A stretch of 64,000 bases of DNA, from contig JAAFIA010000002.1 in assembly GCA_013298545.1 (NCBI GenBank), forward strand, positions 50,830 through 114,829, written 5' to 3'. Shown here piece by piece: positions 17,282-26,202 of this stretch. The stretch's first letter is position 1, and each line of letters begins with the position of its first letter. The DNA is from Bacteroidota bacterium (GTDB lineage: Bacteria; Bacteroidota; Bacteroidia; Palsa-965). Made by a program: the position numbers and the translations under genes. The notes below the pieces were generated by a model. That model did no database searches, had not been told where the DNA came from, and saw nothing but the letters and a program-made list of their open reading frames with translations.

Positions 17282-19147
17282 TTATCTTCCCAAATAAACC
17301 ATCAAAACAGAAATATCTGCTGGACTTACACCACTGATTCTTGATGCTTGGCCAAGTGTCAACGGTTGGATTTTGGCTAATTTTTCACGTGCTTCAGACG
17401 ACAATGCCGTGAGCTGACGGAAATCAATATCGGTATCAACGTGGATGTGCTCTAGCCGTTGCATTTTGTCGGCCATATCGCTCTCTCGCTGAATATAACC
17501 TTCGTACTTCATTTGAATCTCGGCCTGTTGAATATCCTCAGCACGGAATTGACTAAGAAAAGCACGCGCTGATTCAGAACACGCTTCGAAGTCTTGCATT
17601 TGAACACCTGGGCGAGCCAAAACTGAAAACATTTTCACTTTCTGGTTCAGCGAAGCAGAGCCAATCTCCTCTAGTCGAGCATTGATCATAGACGGTTCGA
17701 TACTTTCGTCTTTGAAAAACTTCATGATGGCCGCTGTATTTCCTTCTTTTTCAGTTACACGTGAAACACGGGTATTGTCGGCCAATCCCAATGCATTTGA
17801 CTTTCTCGTCAACCTCAAATCGGCATTATCTTGACGGAGCAAAATCCGGTACTCGGCACGGCTTGTAAACATACGGTAAGGTTCGTCAGTTCCTTTGGTT
17901 ACCAAATCATCGATCAAAACACCAATATATGCTTCTGAACGCTGCAAGATAAACGGACCGCTGCCATGAATTTTAAGGTGAGCATTCATTCCAGCCATTA
18001 AACCTTGGCACGCAGCCTCTTCATAGCCAGTTGTTCCATTAATCTGCCCTGCAAAATAAAGGTTCTCGATCAGCTTCGTTTGCAAGGTCAAATCAAGTTG
18101 CATGGGCGGGAAATAATCATATTCTATCGCGTAGCCCGGACGAAACATTTTTACCTGTTCAAACCCAGGAATGCATCGCAGTGCTTTTTGCTGAACATCC
18201 TCAGGCAAAGATGTGCTAAACCCATTAACATAGATCTCAACGGTATTCCACCCTTCTGGCTCAACAAAAATTTGGTGCCTATCTTTGTCGGCAAAGCGAT
18301 TAATTTTGTCTTCGATAGATGGACAATAGCGCGGCCCCAATCCTTGAATTCGTCCTGTAAACATAGGCGACTTCTCAAAGCCTGTCTTCAGGATTTCGTG
18401 TACTTGGTCATTCGTATAGGTAATGTGACAAGAACGTTGTTTCAGAAGAGGTTGTGTCGTATCGCTGTACGAAAACTTCTCTGGATTCTCATCGCCAGGT
18501 TGTTCTTCCATTTTTGAATAATCAAGCGAGCGGCCATCGACACGTGGAGGTGTGCCTGTTTTCATTCGTCCGCTTTCAAAACCAAGACCAATTAATTGCT
18601 CCGTAATACCAGTGGCAGCCTTCTCTCCTGTTCTACCGCCGCCAAAATTTTTATCGCCAATGTGAATTAACCCGTTTAGGAATGTTCCGTTTGTCAAGAT
18701 AACAGCCTTGCTTCGAATAGTCATGCCCATGCCAGTAATGACGCCAGCAACACGATCATTCTCTACAAGAAGACTGGAAACCATGTCCTGCCAAAAATCA
18801 ACATTACTCGTTTGTTCTAGCATCAGACGCCATTCTTCTGCAAAACGAGCGCGGTCGCTTTGAACCCTTGGACTCCACATGGCGGGTCCTTTCGAGCGGT
18901 TTAGCATACGAAACTGGATGGCTGTTTTATCGCTCACAATTCCAGAATAGCCACCAAGCGCGTCGATTTCACGAACGATTTGGCCCTTGGCAATTCCGCC
19001 CATAGCAGGATTGCAACTCATTTGGGCAATGGTTTGCATATTCATGGTAATCAGCAAAACCGAAGAACCCATATTTGCTGCCGCAGCTGCTGCTTCACAA
19101 CCAGCATGCCCAGCACCAACAACAATAACATCATATTCTTTCAACAT
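17282..19147 (-). CDS. mnmG: tRNA uridine-5-carboxymethylaminomethyl modification enzyme MnmG (GidA)
   Basis: 621 aa. N-terminal FAD fold [16 protein letters not shown], plus GidA-typical blocks [11 protein letters not shown] and [13 protein letters not shown]. Confidence 0.95.
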   Translation of the reverse strand: MLKEYDVIVVGAGHAGCEAAAAAANMGSSVLLITMNMQTIAQMSCNPAMGGIAKGQIVREIDALGGYSGIVSDKTAIQFRMLNRSKGPAMWSPRVQSDRARFAEEWRLMLEQTSNVDFWQDMVSSLLVENDRVAGVITGMGMTIRSKAVILTNGTFLNGLIHIGDKNFGGGRTGEKAATGITEQLIGLGFESGRMKTGTPPRVDGRSLDYSKMEEQPGDENPEKFSYSDTTQPLLKQRSCHITYTNDQVHEILKTGFEKSPMFTGRIQGLGPRYCPSIEDKINRFADKDRHQIFVEPEGWNTVEIYVNGFSTSLPEDVQQKALRCIPGFEQVKMFRPGYAIEYDYFPPMQLDLTLQTKLIENLYFAGQINGTTGYEEAACQGLMAGMNAHLKIHGSGPFILQRSEAYIGVLIDDLVTKGTDEPYRMFTSRAEYRILLRQDNADLRLTRKSNALGLADNTRVSRVTEKEGNTAAIMKFFKDESIEPSMINARLEEIGSASLNQKVKMFSVLARPGVQMQDFEACSESARAFLSQFRAEDIQQAEIQMKYEGYIQRESDMADKMQRLEHIHVDTDIDFRQLTALSSEAREKLAKIQPLTLGQASRISGVSPADISVLMVYLGR

Positions 19148-19240
19148 GGTGCAAAGGTAGGGGAAAGCTCTGTTGCATCAACGCAAAACAAGAAGCGTAT
19201 GAACAATAGTGTGTCGATAGAGGAGATGAGTAGTGGTCAT

Positions 19241-19260
19241 TTTGTTCCATGTGGAACAAA
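19241..19260. promoter_or_regulatory. inverted-repeat motif (same family) in mnmG upstream region
   Basis: TTTGTTCCA-TG-TGGAACAAA has perfect 9-nt arms. Confidence 0.5.
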
Positions 19261-19282
19261 CCACAAAACAATGAAGCCATAC

Positions 19283-19298
19283 TGTTTCATGTGGAACA
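19283..19298. promoter_or_regulatory. inverted-repeat motif (same family)
   Basis: TGTTTCA-TG-TGGAACA has one arm mismatch. Confidence 0.45.
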
Positions 19299-19320
19299 AT
19301 TAGAAAACGATCTTGTCCTG

Positions 19321-19338
19321 ATGTTTCAGATGAAACAT
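19321..19338. promoter_or_regulatory. inverted-repeat motif (variant of same family)
   Basis: ATGTTTCA-GA-TGAAACAT has perfect 8-nt arms. Confidence 0.45.
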
Positions 19339-19346
19339 TAGGACAC

Positions 19347-19373
19347 AAAAAAACCGCCAACGGTTGTTGGCGG
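19347..19373 (-). terminator. intrinsic terminator of the 19392-19823 gene
   Basis: On the minus strand, CCGCCAAC-AACC-GTTGGCGG is followed by TTTTTTT. Confidence 0.7.
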
Positions 19374-19391
19374 TTTACGATCGTAATCGCT

Positions 19392-19823
19392 TTATTTTGC
19401 TTCGAAAATTAGAATGTTGTGGATATCTTCTTTGTCGCGATAATCGACCTTTAAACGTTTATCTGTTTGCTCAAGAACCTTGAGTGTTTTAACTTCATTT
19501 GTGGCATCTTGGGTAAGCGTAATGTTTTTGCCTGATTTGTCAACGGCCCATGTTCCACCTTCGTGCTTGCCATTCAAAATCATACGGTAGCGTCCGTTTT
19601 CCATAAGGATGAGCAAATCACCTTTCTGTGCATCAGTTGGTGCTTGTTCCAAAGAGAAGGTTTCGGAGGCAACGAATTTCCATTCTTTGCTTAACGGCTT
19701 AACTTTTGGATTAGTAGTAGCGGTTTGTACTGCGGCAGGTTTCGCTGCTGGTGCTTGCGCGTGGAGGCTGTTTGTAGCCAAAAGAGCACCAAAAAGGAAT
19801 AGGGTAGAGCAGATATGTTTCAT
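19392..19823 (-). CDS. hypothetical secreted protein (lipocalin-like size)
   Basis: Signal peptide MKHICSTLFLFGALLATNSLHAQ. 143 aa, with a 1-nt overlap (TAATG) with the ybeY stop. Confidence 0.6.
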   Translation of the reverse strand: MKHICSTLFLFGALLATNSLHAQAPAAKPAAVQTATTNPKVKPLSKEWKFVASETFSLEQAPTDAQKGDLLILMENGRYRMILNGKHEGGTWAVDKSGKNITLTQDATNEVKTLKVLEQTDKRLKVDYRDKEDIHNILIFEAK

Positions 19824-20269
19824 TATGCTGTGATTTTTCGTTGTCGTAAAGCTAGTGCATTTTCTTCTTGTTTTCGCATTTGCACTTGCTCTTTCGCTGT
19901 TTTGTCGCGAAATCCGCAGATGTGCAGCAAACCGTGTGCCATAACACGATGGACTTCGTCTAAAGTTCGAGCTTGAAATGTTTTTGCATTCTCTCGAACC
20001 CGATCAATGCTAATATAGATTTCCCCCGCAGCCGTGTTTCGACCATAATCTTTCGAGTAGTCGAAGGTGATAATATCTGTAAAGGTGTTGTGGTTCAGAA
20101 ACTGCTTATTGATTTCGAGCAGGTAGTCGTCTGTACAGAAAATGTATTGCAAACCGACAATATTGTGATGATGCGATTTGGCTATTTTAGAAAGCCATTT
20201 GCGAATTTCGTCGCGTTGCCGAAGTTGGAAAGGGGTATTGATGAAATGGAAAGAAATCGGTTGGGGCAT
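19823..20269 (-). CDS. ybeY: rRNA maturation endoribonuclease YbeY
   Basis: The zinc motif HGLLHICGFRD (HxxxHxxGxxD) is present. 148 aa. Confidence 0.9.
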   Translation of the reverse strand: MPQPISFHFINTPFQLRQRDEIRKWLSKIAKSHHHNIVGLQYIFCTDDYLLEINKQFLNHNTFTDIITFDYSKDYGRNTAAGEIYISIDRVRENAKTFQARTLDEVHRVMAHGLLHICGFRDKTAKEQVQMRKQEENALALRQRKITA

Positions 20270-20697
20270 TATGCTTTATCTAATGCAAATTGGAGTGTAG
20301 CGGTTCTTCCTTCGTTTGAAAATTCGACTGAATCGGCAAGATGGCGCATCAAGAAAACACCGCGGCCATTTGGCTTATCTAGATTCTCGGGATTTGTTGG
20401 ATCGGGGAGGTTGTCGGGATTAAAACCAGATCCTTGATCGTGTACATGAAATGTAAGATGCGTTTCGGTCGCAGAAAACTCTATTACAACTTCTTTTGTT
20501 TCGTCCGATTTATTGCCGTGGTAAATGGCGTTGTTTGCTGCTTCCGTTAAAGCAACAAGAATATTTCCATAATGATCTTCACTGATTTGATATGCGCTGC
20601 AAATTTCATTTACTAGCGTTTCAACCATGACAATATTTTCTGCCCGTGAAGCAAATGCAATGCGTTGTTGGCGGATAATCTCTTCTATTTGGGTCAT
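20269..20697 (-). CDS. RsbW/SpoIIAB-like ATP-binding protein (anti-sigma-factor-type Ser kinase fold)
   Basis: N-box ALTEAANNAIYHGN, G1 box HDQGSGF and G2-like NGRGVFLM. 142 aa. Its start overlaps the upstream stop by 4 nt. Confidence 0.75.
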   Translation of the reverse strand: MTQIEEIIRQQRIAFASRAENIVMVETLVNEICSAYQISEDHYGNILVALTEAANNAIYHGNKSDETKEVVIEFSATETHLTFHVHDQGSGFNPDNLPDPTNPENLDKPNGRGVFLMRHLADSVEFSNEGRTATLQFALDKA

Positions 20698-23600
20698 TGT
20701 TGTTCTGCGCCGTTAAAATATTCGTTCACCTTGTTTTTGTAAAAAGGGGAAAGGGCAGGTGGTACCGTTTTCAACAATTCGGCTTCTTGTTGCTTCCGCC
20801 TGTTATACTCTAAAAATCCGTCAGGGTTACTCATTTCCTGCGATTTTGCTTCTTCTGCTTTTCGTTGTTCGTCTTGGCCGCGTTCTTTCTCGGCCTTTTC
20901 GTATTCGAGCATTTTATCGAGAATCTGTTGTTGCCGTTTCAACGTCTCGGCATTGATGCGTTTATTGACCAAATCGTTTTCTGTTTCTTCCATTTGGTTA
21001 GCGGCATCGCCACCCGGTTTATTGCCAGGTTTCTCTTTGTCGCCGGGCATACCTTCCATGGCTTTCTGAAGCATCTGGCGGATGAGTTCTTGTTCGGCGG
21101 CCATACGCGCAAGCTCTTCCGAATCGCCTGGTTTTTGTCCGCCTTTTTGTTGGCCCTCTTGCATGGATTTCATGCGTTGGTTGAGTTGCTGTTGGCGTTG
21201 ACGGAGCGAAGACATGCTTGGTTTATTCTTTTTGCCTTTGCCATTTCCGGGCTTTTTGCATTTCCCGCCAGAGCATTCGCTATCGCTTTTATTCTGCTGG
21301 TTTTGTTGTTGCATCATTTGCTCCAACGATTCGTTGAGCATCAGCGCAAGGTTGTTTACAGAAGTCATGGCTTGTTGTTGACGGCTCATGGCTTCGCCAC
21401 GGTTGCGATCAGAAAGACTACCAACCGTCCGGTTCATGCTGCTGTTGATGATGGTAATTTCTTTATTCACGAGCGGGGAGATAGACGGATTGCGTTTGCT
21501 CAAGGCGAGCAGGCTGTCTTCTATCATTTTCGCATCGGCTTTGAGGCGGGCTTGTTCGCGGGCAAGGTTTGGATATTGCGGATCATTGACGCTGGTATTG
21601 CGTGTTTTTTCCATCAAGGCTTCTTGATCGAACGAAAGTTGAAGCAAGTTGTCGAGAATGGCTCGCAACGCTTGCATGTCTTCTTCTTGCTTTTCTTCGC
21701 TCATTTCGCTTTGTGCTTTCTTGAGCTGATCCGACAATTCCTTCATTTTGTCGGCGGCGTTTTTCTGCTGCTGCGAAGCGTTCTTTTTATTCTTGTTGTC
21801 GAGTTGCTGGCTGCTTTCACGCTGCTGTTGCTGCACTTCCATCTCCTTCAAATCGGTATTCGGAATTTCGTTGGGTTGCTCTAGTTTTTCATTGATTTCT
21901 TGAATTTTATCCAATTCTTCGCGCACCTCTTGAAACTCTTTGTTGAGGCTGTCTTGTGCTTGTTTGATGTCTTGTGCATCAGCACCTTTCTTTTCCGACT
22001 CTTTGCTTAAGGAGTCTTGCTTCTGCTGCAACTCGTCCAGTTTTTGAATGGTCTGATCGAGTTTTTGTTCCACTTGCATTTGGCGGAAAAGTTCGAGCGT
22101 GCGGTCGAGGTCTTTTTCGGCGTCGTGGTTTTCTTGCTTCATCTTTTCGAGTTGCTCCTGCATTTTGTTTTTGTCGGAGTTCTCGATCATTTTCTGCATT
22201 TGTTCCACCTGTTTTTTCAGATCTTCGGTCATGATCTGATCGAAGAGTTTTTGAAGTTCTTCTTGCTTGCTCTGAAGTGATTCGTTGGGCTTTTGGTATT
22301 CTTGTTGCTGGGCAATGTTGTTGGCATTGTCCTGCTTAATTTGGTTCATTTTCTCTTCGAGCTTGCGTTGGCGCTCGGTGAGTTCCTCGAGTTTTTTCTT
22401 GTCTTCCCAAGTCAAGGATTTTTTCTCCATCATTTTTTTGTGGAGTTCATCAATGTCTTTTTGCAATGACTTAGACTCAGAGATACTTTGTTCTAATTTC
22501 TCCTCAATCTTTTCGTTGTTCTTGTCGTTTTTGTCGTTGAGTTCGTTTTCGGTAGGGGCGCGGAAGATCATGCGCTGGGAGCGGGTTGATTTTGCGCCAG
22601 TAACGCCATCGTTATCCCATACTTCAAAATAGTATTCAATCTGTTCGCCGGCACTTACGCCGAGCATCGACAAATCCCAATAGTAATAAAACGGGTTTTG
22701 AACTTGGCTGGTATTGATCGGAACATTGATCTGATGCATTGCATCATTTTTATTTTTTCCGGTGCTATCTGTTCCGTTAATGGAGCGCCAATGAAAACTG
22801 AGTCGCGTAAACCCATAATCATCTTTTACTTCGCCACTAAAATAAATGCGTTGCGAAACGGTGCTGTCTTTCTTTTCATCAACAGCAATAGAAGGGTATA
22901 AATCGGGAACAACACTTACCGTATAACCAATTGAATCTTTGCTTTTCAAAAACTCGTTTGCGGTTTGAACCGTGTATGTTTTTCCAGAAAGGAAAAGGCG
23001 GCTTAAGCTAAATTTGTTTTCGGCGGCAGGTTTTACATCCATCAATGTATCGGCAAACCGCATATTGAGTTCTCGCGTAGAGCGGGTGTTGAATAACCAA
23101 GTAATTTTCGTTCCTGCGGGAACAACCAAATCGCCTGTGTTTTTTAAGGATTCGTCTTTCTTTCCTGTGTATGCGGGGTAATCGAGGGCCACATCAAAAT
23201 TGAGCACAATGGGATTGGGCAACACTTCGAGGCTGTATTCGCGCGAGGTAAAACCGTCGGCACTGAGTTGGAAGGTTTTATTTTTCTGAATGTTGCGAAA
23301 GAGGTAAGAAAACGAGATGGTGTTTTCGCGTTCCAATTTGTATTCGTTGCCATCAACTAAAATGAAAACGCTTTCCGGAATTTCGTTTCCTGTGAGTTTG
23401 ATTTCAAGCGGAAAGTCTTGGTTTTCAACTGCTTTGAGCGATTTGTTGAGAATATTGAATTGAAAAGGTGCTTCTTTCTCAAAAAACTCGCCGTGCCGAA
23501 CAAGGCGTTTTGTGCCATCGGTAATTAAGCCGGCATTGGTGAAAACAATAACAGCGAGAATAAGTATGGGAATGAGTGCATACTTGGCGTATTTCCGGTT

Positions 23601-24068
23601 TTGACGCAAATCAATTGCCGAAGCAAACGGAATGGGTTTTAGTTCACCAATTTTCTGATCAATGCTGGCGCGGATGAGTGCGTTGCTGCCATCTGTATGG
23701 GTGTGTTCTTTTTGCAGTTGAAGCACATTGAGCAGTTTATCCTGCACATTGGAAAAATGCTGACCAATGATTGTAGCGGCCTGTTCATTTGAAATGCGCT
23801 GTCCGATTTTATTCAGTTTAAAAAGCGGAATAAAAACAAGTCGTGCAAGCACGGTTCCGGCAGCAAGCACAAAACCCCAGAAAAGAACCGTACGCACAAC
23901 CGTACCGAAATGTGCGAAGTATTCCAAAACCGAAATGGTCAGCCAGCCCATGAGCAAAATGCCCACCGCATAAAGCAAACCACGAATGAGTTGGTTTTTG
24001 TAATACTTGCGAATAAACTCATCGAGTTTGTTCAGCAGTAAATGGTATGCGCTTGAATTGGTTTCCAT
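20694..24068 (-). CDS. large membrane-anchored coiled-coil protein (DUF4175-like)
   Basis: ATG at 24068 (METNSSAYHLL...). Two N-terminal TM helices, a beta-rich middle region, then more than 500 aa of E/K/Q-rich heptad-like sequence. The DUF4175 name is from memory of this architecture. Confidence 0.6.
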   Translation of the reverse strand: METNSSAYHLLLNKLDEFIRKYYKNQLIRGLLYAVGILLMGWLTISVLEYFAHFGTVVRTVLFWGFVLAAGTVLARLVFIPLFKLNKIGQRISNEQAATIIGQHFSNVQDKLLNVLQLQKEHTHTDGSNALIRASIDQKIGELKPIPFASAIDLRQNRKYAKYALIPILILAVIVFTNAGLITDGTKRLVRHGEFFEKEAPFQFNILNKSLKAVENQDFPLEIKLTGNEIPESVFILVDGNEYKLERENTISFSYLFRNIQKNKTFQLSADGFTSREYSLEVLPNPIVLNFDVALDYPAYTGKKDESLKNTGDLVVPAGTKITWLFNTRSTRELNMRFADTLMDVKPAAENKFSLSRLFLSGKTYTVQTANEFLKSKDSIGYTVSVVPDLYPSIAVDEKKDSTVSQRIYFSGEVKDDYGFTRLSFHWRSINGTDSTGKNKNDAMHQINVPINTSQVQNPFYYYWDLSMLGVSAGEQIEYYFEVWDNDGVTGAKSTRSQRMIFRAPTENELNDKNDKNNEKIEEKLEQSISESKSLQKDIDELHKKMMEKKSLTWEDKKKLEELTERQRKLEEKMNQIKQDNANNIAQQQEYQKPNESLQSKQEELQKLFDQIMTEDLKKQVEQMQKMIENSDKNKMQEQLEKMKQENHDAEKDLDRTLELFRQMQVEQKLDQTIQKLDELQQKQDSLSKESEKKGADAQDIKQAQDSLNKEFQEVREELDKIQEINEKLEQPNEIPNTDLKEMEVQQQQRESSQQLDNKNKKNASQQQKNAADKMKELSDQLKKAQSEMSEEKQEEDMQALRAILDNLLQLSFDQEALMEKTRNTSVNDPQYPNLAREQARLKADAKMIEDSLLALSKRNPSISPLVNKEITIINSSMNRTVGSLSDRNRGEAMSRQQQAMTSVNNLALMLNESLEQMMQQQNQQNKSDSECSGGKCKKPGNGKGKKNKPSMSSLRQRQQQLNQRMKSMQEGQQKGGQKPGDSEELARMAAEQELIRQMLQKAMEGMPGDKEKPGNKPGGDAANQMEETENDLVNKRINAETLKRQQQILDKMLEYEKAEKERGQDEQRKAEEAKSQEMSNPDGFLEYNRRKQQEAELLKTVPPALSPFYKNKVNEYFNGAEQQ

Positions 24069-24216
24069 TGTGGGCCTTGTCGGAACTAACAAATATAAAG
24101 TAATAACGTAAAAAAAGCTATTTCGTTACTGTTTTTAACAAATCTTTATTTCAATATAAGAAAACTTCTTTTTCTTCGTTTGTAAAATTAAGATGAAAAA
24201 CGCCACAACATTCCAC

Positions 24217-24399
24217 ATGAAACGATTTATTCTTCCACTACTTTTTTTGTTTGCATTATCGTTGGGACTAGCATCGTGCGCTAGCAACAAATGCCGAAAG
24301 ATGCAAAAGAACAACGGCAAATTTATTGCTGGAAATTATGATTTTGGAAAGAATAAAGAGTCGAAGAAGTTTAAACGAAAAAGCCGACGCGGATCGTAA
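24217..24399 (+). CDS. small basic lipoprotein (hypothetical)
   Basis: MKRFILPLLFLFALSLGLASC is a lipobox, followed by a Lys-rich tail. About 60 aa. Confidence 0.4.
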   Translation: MKRFILPLLFLFALSLGLASCASNKCRKMQKNNGKFIAGNYDFGKNKESKKFKRKSRRGS

Positions 24400-24460
24400 T
24401 TTTTGTTTTTGCACTTGTTTTCTAATTGTTTTTTTCTATTATTGCCATATATACTTTTTT

Positions 24461-25282
24461 ATGGCTAATACAAAGAAGAAAACAGAAGGATTAAATACGT
24501 CGGAAGAATTATTGCTAATTACTGATTTAAATGATTTTTCTGATTGGTTAATAAAAAAAGGAATCATTGAAAACATGAACCATATCAGTCATCGTGTACA
24601 ACTTCCTTTTGCAAACGAAGATTGGGTGATGCGCGTTGATCAAAAAGAGCGAACAGTATCATTTAACACCTATATTCGAGAGAAGTGTTCTTTCGATTAT
24701 TACCGTGTCGTTATTCTTCATGAATTCTTCCACTTAGCAGTACAGAAAGTTCCAAATAAAGAGGATGCAACTCGTGTAAAAGACGACTTTGGTGAACAGC
24801 TAATGAAGCTAATTGATATTGAAGCTGACTATTTCACCGCACTATTCTTTAAGGAGGAGAAAAAGTTTGATCTTGTTCGCTATTTGTGTCTTTATTATGA
24901 AGGTAGTCGGGTTTTCGCCGATCCAAGAATCAGAATTAACAAACTAGAACGTTTTATTGGAAGCATATTAAGCACAGTTAAGTTGTTCATATTTATACCA
25001 AGTGGACCGAACAAAACCGAAACGTATGATTTATATTTGCCATCAATAAGTCCCATATATACAGAGTCTAGTCTGCATGTTTTAGTCGTTCGAAAAGAGC
25101 ACATTTACTTTGATGAAATTCTTGCGACATACGAAGACTTTGTGAAAATAAAAGAGTGCTATACAAATATTGATACTTATACCCAGAAGGCTTATGTTGA
25201 ACGCTTAGTAAATTTTGCTTCAAAGGCTCTTCGGCTAGAAGTACCAAAAGAAATAAAAACAAAAATTAATAACCTTAACTAA
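24461..25282 (+). CDS. ImmA/IrrE-like (M78-type) HExxH zinc metallopeptidase, putative
   Basis: ATG at 24461. HEFFH lies at 24719-24733, followed about 30 aa later by IDIEADYFTALFF, which resembles the E.EAN.FA..LL block of ImmA/IrrE peptidases. The gene is very AT-rich. Confidence 0.55.
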   Translation: MANTKKKTEGLNTSEELLLITDLNDFSDWLIKKGIIENMNHISHRVQLPFANEDWVMRVDQKERTVSFNTYIREKCSFDYYRVVILHEFFHLAVQKVPNKEDATRVKDDFGEQLMKLIDIEADYFTALFFKEEKKFDLVRYLCLYYEGSRVFADPRIRINKLERFIGSILSTVKLFIFIPSGPNKTETYDLYLPSISPIYTESSLHVLVVRKEHIYFDEILATYEDFVKIKECYTNIDTYTQKAYVERLVNFASKALRLEVPKEIKTKINNLN

Positions 25283-25289
25283 TCGAACT

Positions 25290-25616
25290 ATGGCACATTC
25301 TCTTCAAGCAAAAGACATTGAAAATGTTGAGCATACTGTCAGTTCTTTTTTAAAAGTATTGGGCTATTATCGAGTCGAACAAATCTCTCATGCTCAGAAC
25401 AATATTCTAATCATTGCTGATGGTCAGCGGCGCAATATTTTAATTAAAGTAAAAATTGTTCTTGACGATATTTCTGAGGATGGGCTAAGTTCTCCCGAAA
25501 AGAAGAAGATTCTTGACAAAGCAAAAAGAGAGAATCGAGAGGCTTGGGTTGCCAAACTCGCCTTTAACGAAAATCATGAACTAGCACGGTCCATTGCTTG
25601 GGAAATTGTTGCGTAA
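25290..25616 (+). CDS. small hypothetical protein, possibly a degenerate PD-(D/E)xK / YraN-Mrr-like fold
   Basis: 108 aa, 8 nt after the peptidase gene. The pattern VSSFLKVLGYYRV...ILIIADGQRRNILIKVK...EAWVAKLAF mimics the nuclease-fold core, but the acidic residue of ExK is replaced (IKVK). Confidence 0.4.
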   Translation: MAHSLQAKDIENVEHTVSSFLKVLGYYRVEQISHAQNNILIIADGQRRNILIKVKIVLDDISEDGLSSPEKKKILDKAKRENREAWVAKLAFNENHELARSIAWEIVA

Positions 25617-25630
25617 ATCTGTAACCGCAC

Positions 25631-26191
25631 TTAGTTTTTCTCCGCCGCAATCCGATTCAAATCGGCCCGCAACCCTTTGAGTTCGTCTCGTATTTCTTGC
25701 AACAAAACCGCATCGTTTACCACATTTCCAGATGAAACAGACCCGTGCTTTTCGCGAATAACCACCTCGCGCTGCGCTAAAATCAGTGTCTTTAATTCTT
25801 CCGCACCAATCACACCCGGAATACTCATCATGCTTTGGTTGCCATGGCCGCCGCCACCGCCCGCAGTCTCCACGCGAATAAACGTCAGGCCCAAGCCCCG
25901 CAAAATAGGCCCACCCACAAACGATAAATCTTGAATATTCTCCAACGGAATCGTTTTCTCTATCCGAAATAAAATGCCTTTTGAAAACAACAATTGTTTG
26001 CGCGTAAGACGACACATCAACGTATTGAAATACTTCCCACTCAGCCATTGGCCAAGCCCACAAACCCAAAACGGAATTACCACCCAGCCAATCACACTCA
26101 TAAACAGATAAAACAAAACGATGAAGAAAATATACGTTTTGAATTTGGTGTTGAATTGCGCTTCATGAAGCACCTCTGCTGCTGGTGTCAT
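25631..26191 (-). CDS. membrane protein with bacterial PH (bPH_2 / YdbS-like) domain
   Basis: Two TM helices are followed by RLTRKQLLFSKGILFRIEKTIPLENIQDLSFVGGPILRGLGL..IRVETAG, the typical bPH_2 pattern. Confidence 0.7.
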   Translation of the reverse strand: MTPAAEVLHEAQFNTKFKTYIFFIVLFYLFMSVIGWVVIPFWVCGLGQWLSGKYFNTLMCRLTRKQLLFSKGILFRIEKTIPLENIQDLSFVGGPILRGLGLTFIRVETAGGGGGHGNQSMMSIPGVIGAEELKTLILAQREVVIREKHGSVSSGNVVNDAVLLQEIRDELKGLRADLNRIAAEKN

Positions 26192-26202
26192 CGTTGTGAG
26201 TT

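Noticed and set aside
20865-21884. 339-aa plus-strand ORF (and several 60-115-aa ones) inside the large coiled-coil gene
   Set aside because: These are antisense shadow ORFs created by the long GAA/AAG/CAG-rich coding strand. Their products are F/L-rich low-complexity strings. The minus frame gives a coherent TM plus coiled-coil protein that is coupled to its neighbours.
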